This document shows, one piece after another, positions 50,308 to 57,737 of a stretch of 60,510 nt of DNA; the stretch's first letter is position 1, and each line of letters begins with the position of its first letter. The DNA lies in NCBI GenBank assembly GCA_964457915.1, contig CAYWFM010000002.1:1-60510 (forward strand), given 5' to 3'. The notes beneath the pieces are model-generated. The model did not search any database, was not told the DNA's origin, and saw nothing but the letters and a program-made list of their open reading frames with translations. Origin of the DNA: an uncultured Candidatus Saccharibacteria bacterium (GTDB lineage: Bacteria > Patescibacteriota > Minisyncoccia > Phycocordibacterales > SBAW01). Both the position numbers and the translations under genes were made by a program.

Positions 50308-50734
50308 GGTAGGGGCTTAAAAGCCATGCGGCGAGTGTGCTGTGCTTGGCAAACGCATACATGGTCCACGCGATAGAGAGCCAAAGGAAGATGATTTCGA
50401 CAAACGCGGTGCCTGGGTTTTGGAGACCAAAAAAGAGTATCGACCACAGCATGTTGAGTGCTAGCTGGAACCCAAAAATTCTTAGTGCTGGCTTGGTCTG
50501 AGAGCCTGAGCGCCATACAAGGTATGCTGCAACCCCCATGAGCAAAAAGAGCGTCGTCCACACAGGTGCAAAGACCCAGTTTTGTGGTGCTATGGGTGGC
50601 TTGGTAAGGGTGGCATACCAAGTGGGAATGTTGGGAGTGGTGAAGAGTGAGCCGACTATACCCGCACCTTCAGCGAGGACAATAAAACCAACAAGGGTTA
50701 GCCAATTATTTTTGCGCTTGTTCATGCAGATCAA
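50252..50734 (-). CDS. tspO: TspO/MBR tryptophan-rich sensory protein
   Basis: 160 aa with five TM helices and the motif WYATLTKPPIAPQNWVFAPVWTTLFLLMG. Confidence 0.85.
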   Translation of the reverse strand: MICMNKRKNNWLTLVGFIVLAEGAGIVGSLFTTPNIPTWYATLTKPPIAPQNWVFAPVWTTLFLLMGVAAYLVWRSGSQTKPALRIFGFQLALNMLWSILFFGLQNPGTAFVEIIFLWLSIAWTMYAFAKHSTLAAWLLSPYLAWVTFAGTLNYFIWTLN

Positions 50735-50742
50735 GTATAGCG

Positions 50743-51303
50743 CTACTTTCGGCGGCGCAGAATGAACAGCGTCATAAGTGCGTTTGCAAAAATCATAGCC
50801 ACCGAGTGAATGGCAGTCGCGATGTTGTAGGCTTGGAGTGAAAAAAGGGCGAGCACGTGGCGCAGAATGTTTGCTGCATAGAGGAGCGGATTTTCGGTCT
50901 TAGGATGTTTCCATGTTTTGCGCAATGTTGGAACAAATGCAGCAAAATCTATAAAAACAACAATGACGACCGAGAGTGTGGGGTCGCGGGTGAGCCACCA
51001 CGGGATAAGTCCTAAGAGTGCGATGATAAGAAAGAGTTTATCGGTGCGTGTCGTCTCTTTAAAACCATACCGCAACGATAGTAAAAAGATGATGATGGTA
51101 AAAATTTCAGACACGGCGGTAGGGATAACGCCGACGCCAGCCCCTTTCACTAGTTGGCCAAAGAATACGACTAGAGAGACGATGCTCCACACGAACCACG
51201 AGTAGGCGTGGGGGCGCACCTTGCCGCGCCACACATCGTATACATAAGGGATATTTCCTATAAGCGCGAGCAGGGCCGCCATAACCGCAAAGGACTCTTT
51301 CAT
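50743..51303 (-). CDS. polytopic membrane protein, unknown function
   Basis: 186 aa with about six hydrophobic helices and no family confidently recognised. Confidence 0.5.
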   Translation of the reverse strand: MKESFAVMAALLALIGNIPYVYDVWRGKVRPHAYSWFVWSIVSLVVFFGQLVKGAGVGVIPTAVSEIFTIIIFLLSLRYGFKETTRTDKLFLIIALLGLIPWWLTRDPTLSVVIVVFIDFAAFVPTLRKTWKHPKTENPLLYAANILRHVLALFSLQAYNIATAIHSVAMIFANALMTLFILRRRK

Positions 51304-51330
51304 TATAGGTTAGTATACCGGCCGATGCTG

Positions 51331-51936
51331 TTATCGAGACTCACCTTCGAAGTGGGGCTCCACCACACCCCACTGCATAGTTTGAGGGTCGAGCTTGAGA
51401 TAGACACTTTTACCAACAGAGGGCTGGGTAGTCATAGGCTCATTTGGTGCACGGTCCGCATAATTAAATACCACAACACCTTTTTGTTTGGGGTTTTGGC
51501 TCAGTGTTGTTGATTGAGGTGCTATGCGATCACCCAGAAGATAGCCATCGGAACCCATCCAACCATGTGGGGTATTGAGTGCTGCGACTGCAAAGTAGAA
51601 GGTGCCCGAACCACCAGTGTTTTGAGTGAGAATAAACGCGATATCTTCGCGCCCGTCGCCATCAAGATCGGTTTTAATTTCATTCCCAAAAAATTTCGTA
51701 ACTATTTTTGAGGCTGAGCCAGGCGCGGCCTCAACCTCTGCCTTACCATCGTGCAGCTGCACATGCATACCATCGAGCATATACGCCGCATTTTTTGGGT
51801 CGGTTGCTGGTGTCATCACCATAGGACCTCCTTTCTCTGGCGCAGGCGCAGAAGAGGGAGTGTTTGATAAGTACACACCAGCCCCAAGGAGTACGACGAT
51901 TGCTACCACTCCCGCACCAATAAGAATTTTTTGCAT
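51331..51936 (-). CDS. membrane-anchored hypothetical protein
   Basis: The start at 51936 (MQKILIGAGVVAIVVLLGAGVYL) is preferred over the ORF-track start at 52005, which overlaps the upstream gene. Confidence 0.5.
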   Translation of the reverse strand: MQKILIGAGVVAIVVLLGAGVYLSNTPSSAPAPEKGGPMVMTPATDPKNAAYMLDGMHVQLHDGKAEVEAAPGSASKIVTKFFGNEIKTDLDGDGREDIAFILTQNTGGSGTFYFAVAALNTPHGWMGSDGYLLGDRIAPQSTTLSQNPKQKGVVVFNYADRAPNEPMTTQPSVGKSVYLKLDPQTMQWGVVEPHFEGESR

Positions 51937-51950
51937 ATACACACAGTATA

Positions 51951-52367
51951 CTACTGTAGCAGCTGAACGATTTCTTCCACGGAATGAGCAATACCGGTAA
52001 GACACCCTTCGATCATGAGGTTTGGCCCATAGGCATCAAAAGAACGACTGTCGGTTAGATAACCGATACATTTTTTACCAAGCGCGTAGGCCATACCAAG
52101 CTCAACGCACACGCCTTCGTCGGGCACGCGCCCATCGAGGACGCACAGGAGAATGTCACAGCGCTTTACTTCAGCCATATCGTGTTCAAAAATTTTCTGG
52201 CGAGTTTTTCGTATGTCTGCGCCTTTGGTTATTTCATCAAAAGCAATGTCGCCATCTTCTTGGGGGAGATATGTTTCATGACCCAAGGCCTTGAGCGTAT
52301 CGCGCAGCACTTGGTTTCTGGTGCGCTCGCTCTCGTTAAACAGTGGGGCGGCAATGTATATACGCAT
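51951..52367 (-). CDS. nucleoside 2-deoxyribosyltransferase-family protein
   Basis: 138 aa with the pattern MRIYIAAPLFNESER...DEGVCVELGMAYALGK, typical of the NDT family (PF05014-like). Confidence 0.75.
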   Translation of the reverse strand: MRIYIAAPLFNESERTRNQVLRDTLKALGHETYLPQEDGDIAFDEITKGADIRKTRQKIFEHDMAEVKRCDILLCVLDGRVPDEGVCVELGMAYALGKKCIGYLTDSRSFDAYGPNLMIEGCLTGIAHSVEEIVQLLQ

Positions 52368-52378
52368 ATTTACTACTA

Positions 52379-52732
52379 TTAGCGTTTCGCTCTCACTTCC
52401 TTTACGCGAAAACGGACGATTTTTTTGATAAGCGAAAGCGGGAGTTTTTGGTCGAGGGGGAATTGTACCGTGCCTTTGGAGAGTTTGTATTTTGAAAGCT
52501 CTTTTGCAAAAGCAGCGACGCCCGAGGAGGTGGGGAAGAAGCTCATGTGCGTTTTAAACGCGCCAAAATGCACCAAGTTGCCACCCATCTTAAATGTTGG
52601 AATTCCATAGCTTATCGTTTCTGTTGCCTCAGGCGCCACCTCCCGGATTGCCTCGCGCATTTGCTTCAAGAGCGGCTGCGTCTCCTTTGGCGCCGCCGCA
52701 ATATAGGCATCGATCTCTTTGTGGGGGTTCAT
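52379..52732 (-). CDS. DUF1801 (YdhG-like) domain protein
   Basis: 117 aa with the pattern IDAYIAAAPKETQPLLKQMREAIREVAPEATETISYGIPTF. Confidence 0.65.
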   Translation of the reverse strand: MNPHKEIDAYIAAAPKETQPLLKQMREAIREVAPEATETISYGIPTFKMGGNLVHFGAFKTHMSFFPTSSGVAAFAKELSKYKLSKGTVQFPLDQKLPLSLIKKIVRFRVKEVRAKR

Positions 52733-52810
52733 GGTGCTACTATATCAAATCATTCGACAGGCTTTAACTGAAGTAAAAAACACGGTATTGGTCGGTAGAT
52801 AGCGCGTCTT

Positions 52811-52840
52811 AAAAAAGAGTGACGGCCTTTCGGCCGCCAC
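52811..52840 (-). terminator. rho-independent terminator (minus strand)
   Basis: On the minus strand, GTGGCGGCC-GAAA-GGCCGTCAC followed by TCTTTTTT. It lies just downstream of ORF 52854-53219. Confidence 0.65.
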
Positions 52841-52853
52841 TAAATTTCCCCCA

Positions 52854-53219
52854 CTATGGTTGAGCTACATACTGCTGCCAAAACCGTTCAGGTACCCCAA
52901 ACCAATCTTCGGGGTAGGCCGGCAGTGCGACGAATACACAACACTTAGCCTGCACATCGCTTCTATTATTTACTTTTTTGAACTCAGCTTCAGCGGCAGC
53001 TATTACTTGTGCAAGCAGTCCTTGTGCTACGTGTTCTACATTTTTTTCATCCTCGTCAGTCCGAAGGCTGTTCAGGACAACCTTGTAGCAAAGCTGCGTA
53101 TCCACTGAATCTGGTAACGCCGCGAGCAGTCTTTTTAAAACCTTTACTCTAGCTTCAGCAGCTACCAGATCTACTGCGAACCGTTCCAAAAGATGCAGAA
53201 CGAGTGGATCCTGTGGCAA
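52854..53219 (-). CDS. hypothetical protein
   Basis: 121-aa ORF with a TTG start and its own terminator. No family is recognised. Confidence 0.4.
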   Translation of the reverse strand: MPQDPLVLHLLERFAVDLVAAEARVKVLKRLLAALPDSVDTQLCYKVVLNSLRTDEDEKNVEHVAQGLLAQVIAAAEAEFKKVNNRSDVQAKCCVFVALPAYPEDWFGVPERFWQQYVAQP

Positions 53220-53293
53220 ATGTACCTCCTGTGCCTGTGTTCCAAAGCCTACCCTACAAGGAAAACGCTCGTGTGTTAAGTAACAATAAATTA

Positions 53294-53321
53294 TTGAAAT
53301 ACAGCCTGAAAAATGTATAGT
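53294..53321 (+). promoter_or_regulatory. sigma70-like promoter for tRNA-Gln
   Basis: TTGAAA (53294-53299), a 16-nt spacer, then TATAGT (53316-53321), about 42 nt upstream of the tRNA. Confidence 0.4.
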
Positions 53322-53363
53322 GGTAAGGCATTGGGACCCTCGGCCCCTTTGTGTGGGTCCTAT

Positions 53364-53437
53364 TGGGAGATCGTCTAATGGTAGGACAACAGACTCTGAA
53401 TCTGTTTATCTAGGTTCGAATCCTAGTCTCCCAGCCA
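53364..53437 (+). tRNA. tRNA-Gln (CTG), CCA encoded
   Basis: Acceptor TGGGAGA/TCTCCCA, anticodon loop CTCTGAA, T arm CTAGG-TTCGAAT-CCTAG, discriminator G, CCA at 53435-53437. Confidence 0.9.
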
Positions 53438-53823
53438 TCCTTCGCCCCTACGCCGCCAAGGCTTTGTAGGGCAAGCAAGCTTCGGAATGGCCTGGCCATC
53501 ACCATGCACTACGCGTACATACTTTGGAGCTCAAAATCTTCGAACTACTATTTCGGCTCAACCACCGATTTACGAAAGCGTTTGACTGAGCATAACAGTG
53601 GAAAATCCAAAGCAACAGCTCCATATCTACCGTGGAGGTTAGTTTGGTATGGAGCATTCGAAAACCGCCGGCTCGCCGAAGATTTTGAGCGGTATTTAAA
53701 GACAGGCTCTGGGAAAGCTTTCGCCTATAAACGCTTGGCCAATTCCGGAGTTTTGAAGAAGGATAAGTTTGAGTCCAAAAATGGTGTTACGAAGCTTTAG
53801 CGTAGTACACCTAGTCTCCCAGC
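53436..53823 (+). mobile_element. GIY-YIG gene cassette bounded by a 14-nt duplication of the tRNA-Gln 3' end
   Basis: CCTAGTCTCCCAGC occurs at 53422-53435 (inside the tRNA) and again at 53810-53823, 10 nt after the GIY-YIG stop codon. Confidence 0.5.
53504..53800 (+). CDS. GIY-YIG (URI/YhbQ-like) nuclease-domain protein
   Basis: 98 aa with the pattern YAYILWS...YYFGSTTDLRKRLTEHNSGK...W.LVWYGAFENRRLAEDFERYLK, which is the GIY...YIG...R...E/N pattern. Confidence 0.8.
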   Translation: MHYAYILWSSKSSNYYFGSTTDLRKRLTEHNSGKSKATAPYLPWRLVWYGAFENRRLAEDFERYLKTGSGKAFAYKRLANSGVLKKDKFESKNGVTKL

Positions 53824-53840
53824 TCGACAATTTGTAATAA

Positions 53841-54221
53841 GTGTGCTATTTTATAAATGGTAGTGTATGTAGATCTTCAACTAAAAGGTGCGCTGTGCCG
53901 AACATCCGAAACAAGAAACGGGATCCTTTAAAAGACGAGCAGCTTAAGGTGCTTTATCCAGAAGGGGTGGCTATTCTCGAATGCGACGATGGGATATGTC
54001 TCATCTGCCGACGAGACTCAGCATATGACAGGCAAATCATTGTATTTGGCGGCGAAGATTCAGCCGACAAAACTTCTGACTGTTGGTGGGTGGATTTGCA
54101 AGGAATACTGAAGGGAGAGTTTCTCGCCAGAAATACATCAATGATCAGGCGCGAACCGCTAGAATACAAAGCTAATGAAATGCTGTTGAGTGTGTCTATA
54201 CGGCTTACACTCAGTCTGTAA
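53841..54221 (+). CDS. hypothetical Cys-containing protein
   Basis: 126-aa ORF with an uncertain start (GTG at 53841, or GTG at 53895 behind AAAGG). No family is recognised. Confidence 0.3.
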   Translation: MCYFINGSVCRSSTKRCAVPNIRNKKRDPLKDEQLKVLYPEGVAILECDDGICLICRRDSAYDRQIIVFGGEDSADKTSDCWWVDLQGILKGEFLARNTSMIRREPLEYKANEMLLSVSIRLTLSL

Positions 54222-54318
54222 ATTTTGTTTATAACCCTAAGAGACCCCCAAACACAATCTCGCAGGTGACACCTGCTACAACAACCGTTACTCCCAGAGT
54301 GGCGGTTATTTTAATCTT

Positions 54319-54437
54319 GTTCCAACTTCCCTCCTTCGCCAAGGCTACGGGCGGGCGAGCTATCCTTCGAATCCTCTCAGGACCTACGGCCAGAGGGCCA
54401 GCTCGACTTTTTTATAAAAGTGTTGTAATTTTGTTTT
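54319..54437 (+). repeat. ~120-nt intergenic repeat, copy A
   Basis: It aligns with 55075-55194 and contains an identical 35-nt block, GGCTATCCTTCGAATCCTCTCAGGACCTACGGCCA. It ends in ACTTTTTTATAAAAGT(G/A)TTGTAATTT. Confidence 0.8.
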
Positions 54438-54466
54438 GGATAACAACTGTTCGAAGAGGTAATACG

Positions 54467-55021
54467 ATGATCATCGTACCTAAAAGAATCGTCGACGTTC
54501 ACGCGACGAGCCGTAGGCCGCTCTTCTTTCTTGCTGGTCCCATCCGTGGTGGAGGTGATTGGCAGGCTGATATGGCAGAGCGGATTATACTCCGAAGCAG
54601 GCACTCCACTATCGCGTGTCCGGCTCGTTGGTCTGCCGAGCATCGTCTAGCTGAACACTTTCACCAACCATTTTCTGCCGCGGAAAATCGCCAACTCGTG
54701 TGGGAACGCTACTACCTCACTCTGGCGGGTCTTACCCCGAATGTTGCTGGCTGCGTTATCTTCTGGCTTGGGCTTGAAAGTAAGACACAACCTCATCCTG
54801 GACCTGAACCGTACGCCATGGACACTCGTCGAGAAATCGGCAAGTTCACTGGGCTCGCTGAGAGGGGTGAGGTTCGAATGGTTGTAGGGGGTCATCCTGG
54901 TTTCTACGGCCTGGACGTCATTCTCTATGAGCTTCGTTGTGCGCTGGGCGCATCTTTCAGATTCCATGAAGATATGGATACTCTGGTGGATGCTGCTATT
55001 GCAGTAGCGGTTGAAAGTTAA
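54467..55021 (+). CDS. nucleoside 2-deoxyribosyltransferase-like protein (second, divergent family)
   Basis: 184 aa from the ATG at 54467, with GAAGAGG 7 nt upstream. It has the motif LFFLAGPIRGGGDWQ. The upstream part of ORF 54266-55021 is a read-through of the repeat element. Confidence 0.55.
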   Translation: MIIVPKRIVDVHATSRRPLFFLAGPIRGGGDWQADMAERIILRSRHSTIACPARWSAEHRLAEHFHQPFSAAENRQLVWERYYLTLAGLTPNVAGCVIFWLGLESKTQPHPGPEPYAMDTRREIGKFTGLAERGEVRMVVGGHPGFYGLDVILYELRCALGASFRFHEDMDTLVDAAIAVAVES

Positions 55022-55052
55022 CGCCCAACAGGTCGCCTGACCTCGTTGGGCG
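55022..55052 (+). terminator. hairpin terminator
   Basis: CGCCCAACAGGTC-GCCT-GACCTCGTTGGGCG (one mismatch), then a T-rich tract. Confidence 0.6.
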
Positions 55053-55074
55053 ATTCTGTTATTTACTCAAAACA

Positions 55075-55194
55075 GTTCCAACATCCCCCCTTCACTAAAG
55101 TTACGGACGGGCAGGCTATCCTTCGAATCCTCTCAGGACCTACGGCCATAGGGGCAGCTAGTGACTTTTTTATAAAAGTATTGTAATTTGTTTT
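55075..55194 (+). repeat. ~120-nt intergenic repeat, copy B
   Basis: See copy A. A third, partial copy of its 5' end (AAAACAGTTCCAACA(T/C)CCC) lies at 55499-55520. Confidence 0.8.
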
Positions 55195-55220
55195 TAGCTG
55201 AACAAGGAGACATCTAAAAT

Positions 55221-55439
55221 ATGTCGATACTTTGCGACGGATGCAATGTGAACAAGCTGTGGGAGCACCGCTGCCACAAAAGCGATATCGTAGTCGCTGG
55301 CATGAAAACTGCTTTCGACTGCACATGCCCTGAACCAGGGTGTGGACCTTCGCCTCGCCCAAAGACAGTTACCGCAGAAGGTAGTCATTTCCTTCGTGAT
55401 CCAGATGGAAGACTGCTCGGAGTCTTTCCGGCCGACTAG
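55221..55439 (+). CDS. small Cys-rich hypothetical protein
   Basis: 72 aa with 7 Cys (CDGC...C...CTC...C). It is followed by a terminator at 55462-55486. Confidence 0.4.
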   Translation: MSILCDGCNVNKLWEHRCHKSDIVVAGMKTAFDCTCPEPGCGPSPRPKTVTAEGSHFLRDPDGRLLGVFPAD

Positions 55440-55461
55440 GTGCGATTGCCAAATTTGGTAG

Positions 55462-55486
55462 GGCGGTCACTCATAAGGTGACCGCC
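55462..55486 (+). terminator. rho-independent terminator
   Basis: GGCGGTCAC-TCATAAG-GTGACCGCC followed by ATTTCCTTTT. Confidence 0.65.
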
Positions 55487-55593
55487 ATTTCCTTTTCCAA
55501 AACAGTTCCAACACCCCACCCCCGCCCCCACGCCGCCAAGACTCTGCGGAGCAGTAAAGAAACTTTTTGAAGGTGGATTACGTTATCAGTCTC

Positions 55594-55842
55594 ATGAGAA
55601 AGGTACCGCTAGTAATTCTTGGTGTGACAGCGCTCCTGTGTTCTCGGGCAATGTTCGCTTTTTTCAATGATCCTGAAGGGCCCAACTTATTGATAGTCGT
55701 TGTAATGGCAGGGATTATATATAGCGTATCGGCAGCCGCATATTTTTATACCCCCAAAACAATTATTGGTCTCAAAAAACTTTTATTGGCAATTTTTATT
55801 CAAATAGTATTGGTTGGTGGATTGTCTTTTTGTTTAAACTAA
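55594..55842 (+). CDS. small three-TM membrane protein
   Basis: About 82 aa (MRKVPLVILGVTALLCS...). The ORF-track start is the TTG at 55567. Confidence 0.35.
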   Translation: MRKVPLVILGVTALLCSRAMFAFFNDPEGPNLLIVVVMAGIIYSVSAAAYFYTPKTIIGLKKLLLAIFIQIVLVGGLSFCLN

Positions 55843-55944
55843 AATCTCTTTGTTTTAGTATGCGCCAGGCGGTTCAGCGACTTTCTGTGGCTTTAGTGGT
55901 AGAATCTCCTTGAACGTTTAGATTTAAAAAATAATATATTCTAT

Positions 55945-56174
55945 ATGAAAACCATGTCTTGTGCTCAAATGGGTGGTCCGTGCGAAGAGAAAATCACCGC
56001 GGAAACTCCCGATGAGATGATAGCAAAGGGTATGGTACACGTTGAAGCAACACACCCTGAGATGGCGGCAGATATCAAGGCGACGCCTCAAGATGATCCT
56101 AAGATGATCCTAAGATGGTGGAGTGGAGCAAAAAGTTTGCAGAGGAATGGGCTGCCACCCCTGACAACGCCTAG
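55945..56174 (+). pseudogene. DUF1059-family small metal-binding-type protein, frameshifted by an 11-nt tandem duplication
   Basis: The N-terminus MKTMSCAQMGGPCEEKITAETPDEMIAKGMVHVEATHPEMAADIK matches the DUF1059 pattern. AGATGATCCTA is duplicated at 56091-56101 and 56102-56112. Removing one copy restores ...QDDPKMVEWSKKFAEEWAATPDNA with a stop at 56172-56174. Confidence 0.6.
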
Positions 56175-56182
56175 TGCGTTAC

Positions 56183-56731
56183 TTATCGCACACCAAAAAA
56201 CCACTCTGATGAAGGGGTGGTTTTTTGGTGTGCGAACCGAGCACGAGCTCGCACATATGCAAAAGCGCCAAAGAGAAGTGCTGCATACAGTAGGTCACCC
56301 GCGAGCATCGAAAGAAAGAAAGGAAGCCCAAGCGCATAACAGTAGAGAAGCCCTACGAGTGTTTTTGCATACCAGGGTGAAAACAGCCAGACAGCAAGGT
56401 TGGTGATAAGAAAAAAACCAAAAGAAGAACCCAAAACAACTCCACCCATACGCCATGCGCCACGAACAAAGCGCATAGAGTACCCAAACATACCTATGAG
56501 TGCAAACGACAAATATACTGAGGCGAGTATACGCCAGTCATAGAATCCAATAACCGCATCCACGATGAGCATGGTTGAGAGTGGGATGATGACTACCCAC
56601 GTGCGACCAAGGTCGCGCCCTGCACGCAGTGCCACGGCACTTACGGGTGTCGAGTTTGGGATATGCGGCAGCAGGCGACCAAGGAGCCCAAAGCCGATGA
56701 GCCCCAGTATGGTGAGTGGCTTGTTGCGCAT
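56183..56731 (-). CDS. polytopic membrane protein (DUF6580-like), candidate cobalamin-related transporter component
   Basis: About 182 aa from the ATG at 56731 (MRNKPLTILGLIGFGLLGRLLPHIPNSTPVSAVAL...). It sits in an operon with the DUF4430, PduO and NrdJ genes. Confidence 0.5.
   Translation of the reverse strand: MRNKPLTILGLIGFGLLGRLLPHIPNSTPVSAVALRAGRDLGRTWVVIIPLSTMLIVDAVIGFYDWRILASVYLSFALIGMFGYSMRFVRGAWRMGGVVLGSSFGFFLITNLAVWLFSPWYAKTLVGLLYCYALGLPFFLSMLAGDLLYAALLFGAFAYVRARARFAHQKTTPSSEWFFGVR
56191..56230. terminator. 14-bp hairpin between convergent genes
   Basis: CACCAAAAAACCAC-(12-nt loop)-GTGGTTTTTTGGTG. It lies 17 nt after the repaired DUF1059 stop and overlaps the last codons of the minus-strand ORF. 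Confidence 0.5.
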
Positions 56732-56733
56732 AC

Positions 56734-57177
56734 CTAGAATGTAGACGGTGCAAAGATCCACTCAACCACATCATTCGGTTGCAGTGTATATGAATCAGCC
56801 CCCACTTGAGGCATGACACCATTCACTTTGTATTGCCAGTATTTATGGTCAGCACCGTTTTTGAGCCCATGCATACTTACCACTAACGTGCCGAGCCCTG
56901 CATACTCTTTGGTCTCAAGCTGGAGTGCACGGTCACTAGCGTTGAGGGTTTTGAGTACTGAAAGTGCGGTGTCGCTGGCAGTAATGGCTACTGGTGTGTG
57001 AGCATATAGCCCAGCGATGGTAAGCGAGATAGTCTGCTGTTTAGTGGTTACTTCTCGGAGAGGTGCGGGAGCGTAGACTTTGTGTGTTTTGGGAGCAATG
57101 TAGGCAGCAAGTCCAAGACAGGTTATGAGTACAATCGCACAAGCAAGAAGAGCTCCCAATTTTTTTCGTGTAGTCAT
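56734..57177 (-). CDS. DUF4430 (transcobalamin-like fold) secreted protein
   Basis: 147 aa with an N-terminal TM/signal segment and the C-terminal sequence KYWQYKVNGVMPQVGADSYTLQPNDVVEWIF. Confidence 0.65.
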   Translation of the reverse strand: MTTRKKLGALLACAIVLITCLGLAAYIAPKTHKVYAPAPLREVTTKQQTISLTIAGLYAHTPVAITASDTALSVLKTLNASDRALQLETKEYAGLGTLVVSMHGLKNGADHKYWQYKVNGVMPQVGADSYTLQPNDVVEWIFAPSTF

Positions 57178-57195
57178 GATGGGTGTTGTGAAAGA

Positions 57196-57732
57196 TTAAT
57201 AGGTTGGCGCAGGCTCTGGCTTGCCGGCACTGGCGGCAGTATACCGCGCAAGCACATAGAGTAAACTAGACAGACGATTAAGGTATGCATAGGACGCATC
57301 GCCAAGCGCTCTCACACTGCGCGCATGTATCGTCGCGCGTTCGGCACGACGTGCGAGAGTGCGCGCGACATCAAACTGTGCGCCGCGCACCGTTGCCCCC
57401 GGGATAAGGAAGCAGGTGGGTGGTTCGACGGTGCGCATGAGGAGTTCGATGTGCTCCTCGACCCAAGTCACCTCTTCAGGAGAAAGTGATTTGGTTGAGC
57501 CAGCAAGCTCTGCTTGCACGATAAAGAGATGTTCTTGCACGGTGCGCACGATTTTTGATGCCTGCAGATCGGTGGGAGGTTCTTCACACAGTGCGTAGCA
57601 CAAACCTAAGAGTGAATTGAGTTCATCGAGCGTACCGAGTGCATCATAGAGGGCGCTATCTTTTGGGAAGCGCTCTTTAGTACCAAAGAGTCCTGACTCT
57701 CCAGAGTCGCCTGTGCGGGTGTAGATACTCAT
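57196..57732 (-). CDS. pduO: ATP:cob(I)alamin adenosyltransferase, PduO type
   Basis: 178 aa with the N-terminus MSIYTRTGDSGESGLFG and the characteristic helical-bundle sequence. Confidence 0.85.
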   Translation of the reverse strand: MSIYTRTGDSGESGLFGTKERFPKDSALYDALGTLDELNSLLGLCYALCEEPPTDLQASKIVRTVQEHLFIVQAELAGSTKSLSPEEVTWVEEHIELLMRTVEPPTCFLIPGATVRGAQFDVARTLARRAERATIHARSVRALGDASYAYLNRLSSLLYVLARYTAASAGKPEPAPTY

Positions 57733-57737
57733 GATGG

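Noticed and set aside
54266-54466. The N-terminal 67 codons of ORF 54266-55021 (MTPATTTV...PSFAKATGG...).
   Set aside because: This stretch is a translation of the 120-nt intergenic repeat. A well-placed RBS and ATG at 54467 begin the recognisable NDT-like domain.
55945-56406. The 153-aa ORF taken as an intact gene.
   Set aside because: Only the first ~50 aa look like a DUF1059 protein. The remainder is produced by an 11-nt tandem duplication, crosses a terminator hairpin, and is antisense to the convergent membrane-protein gene.
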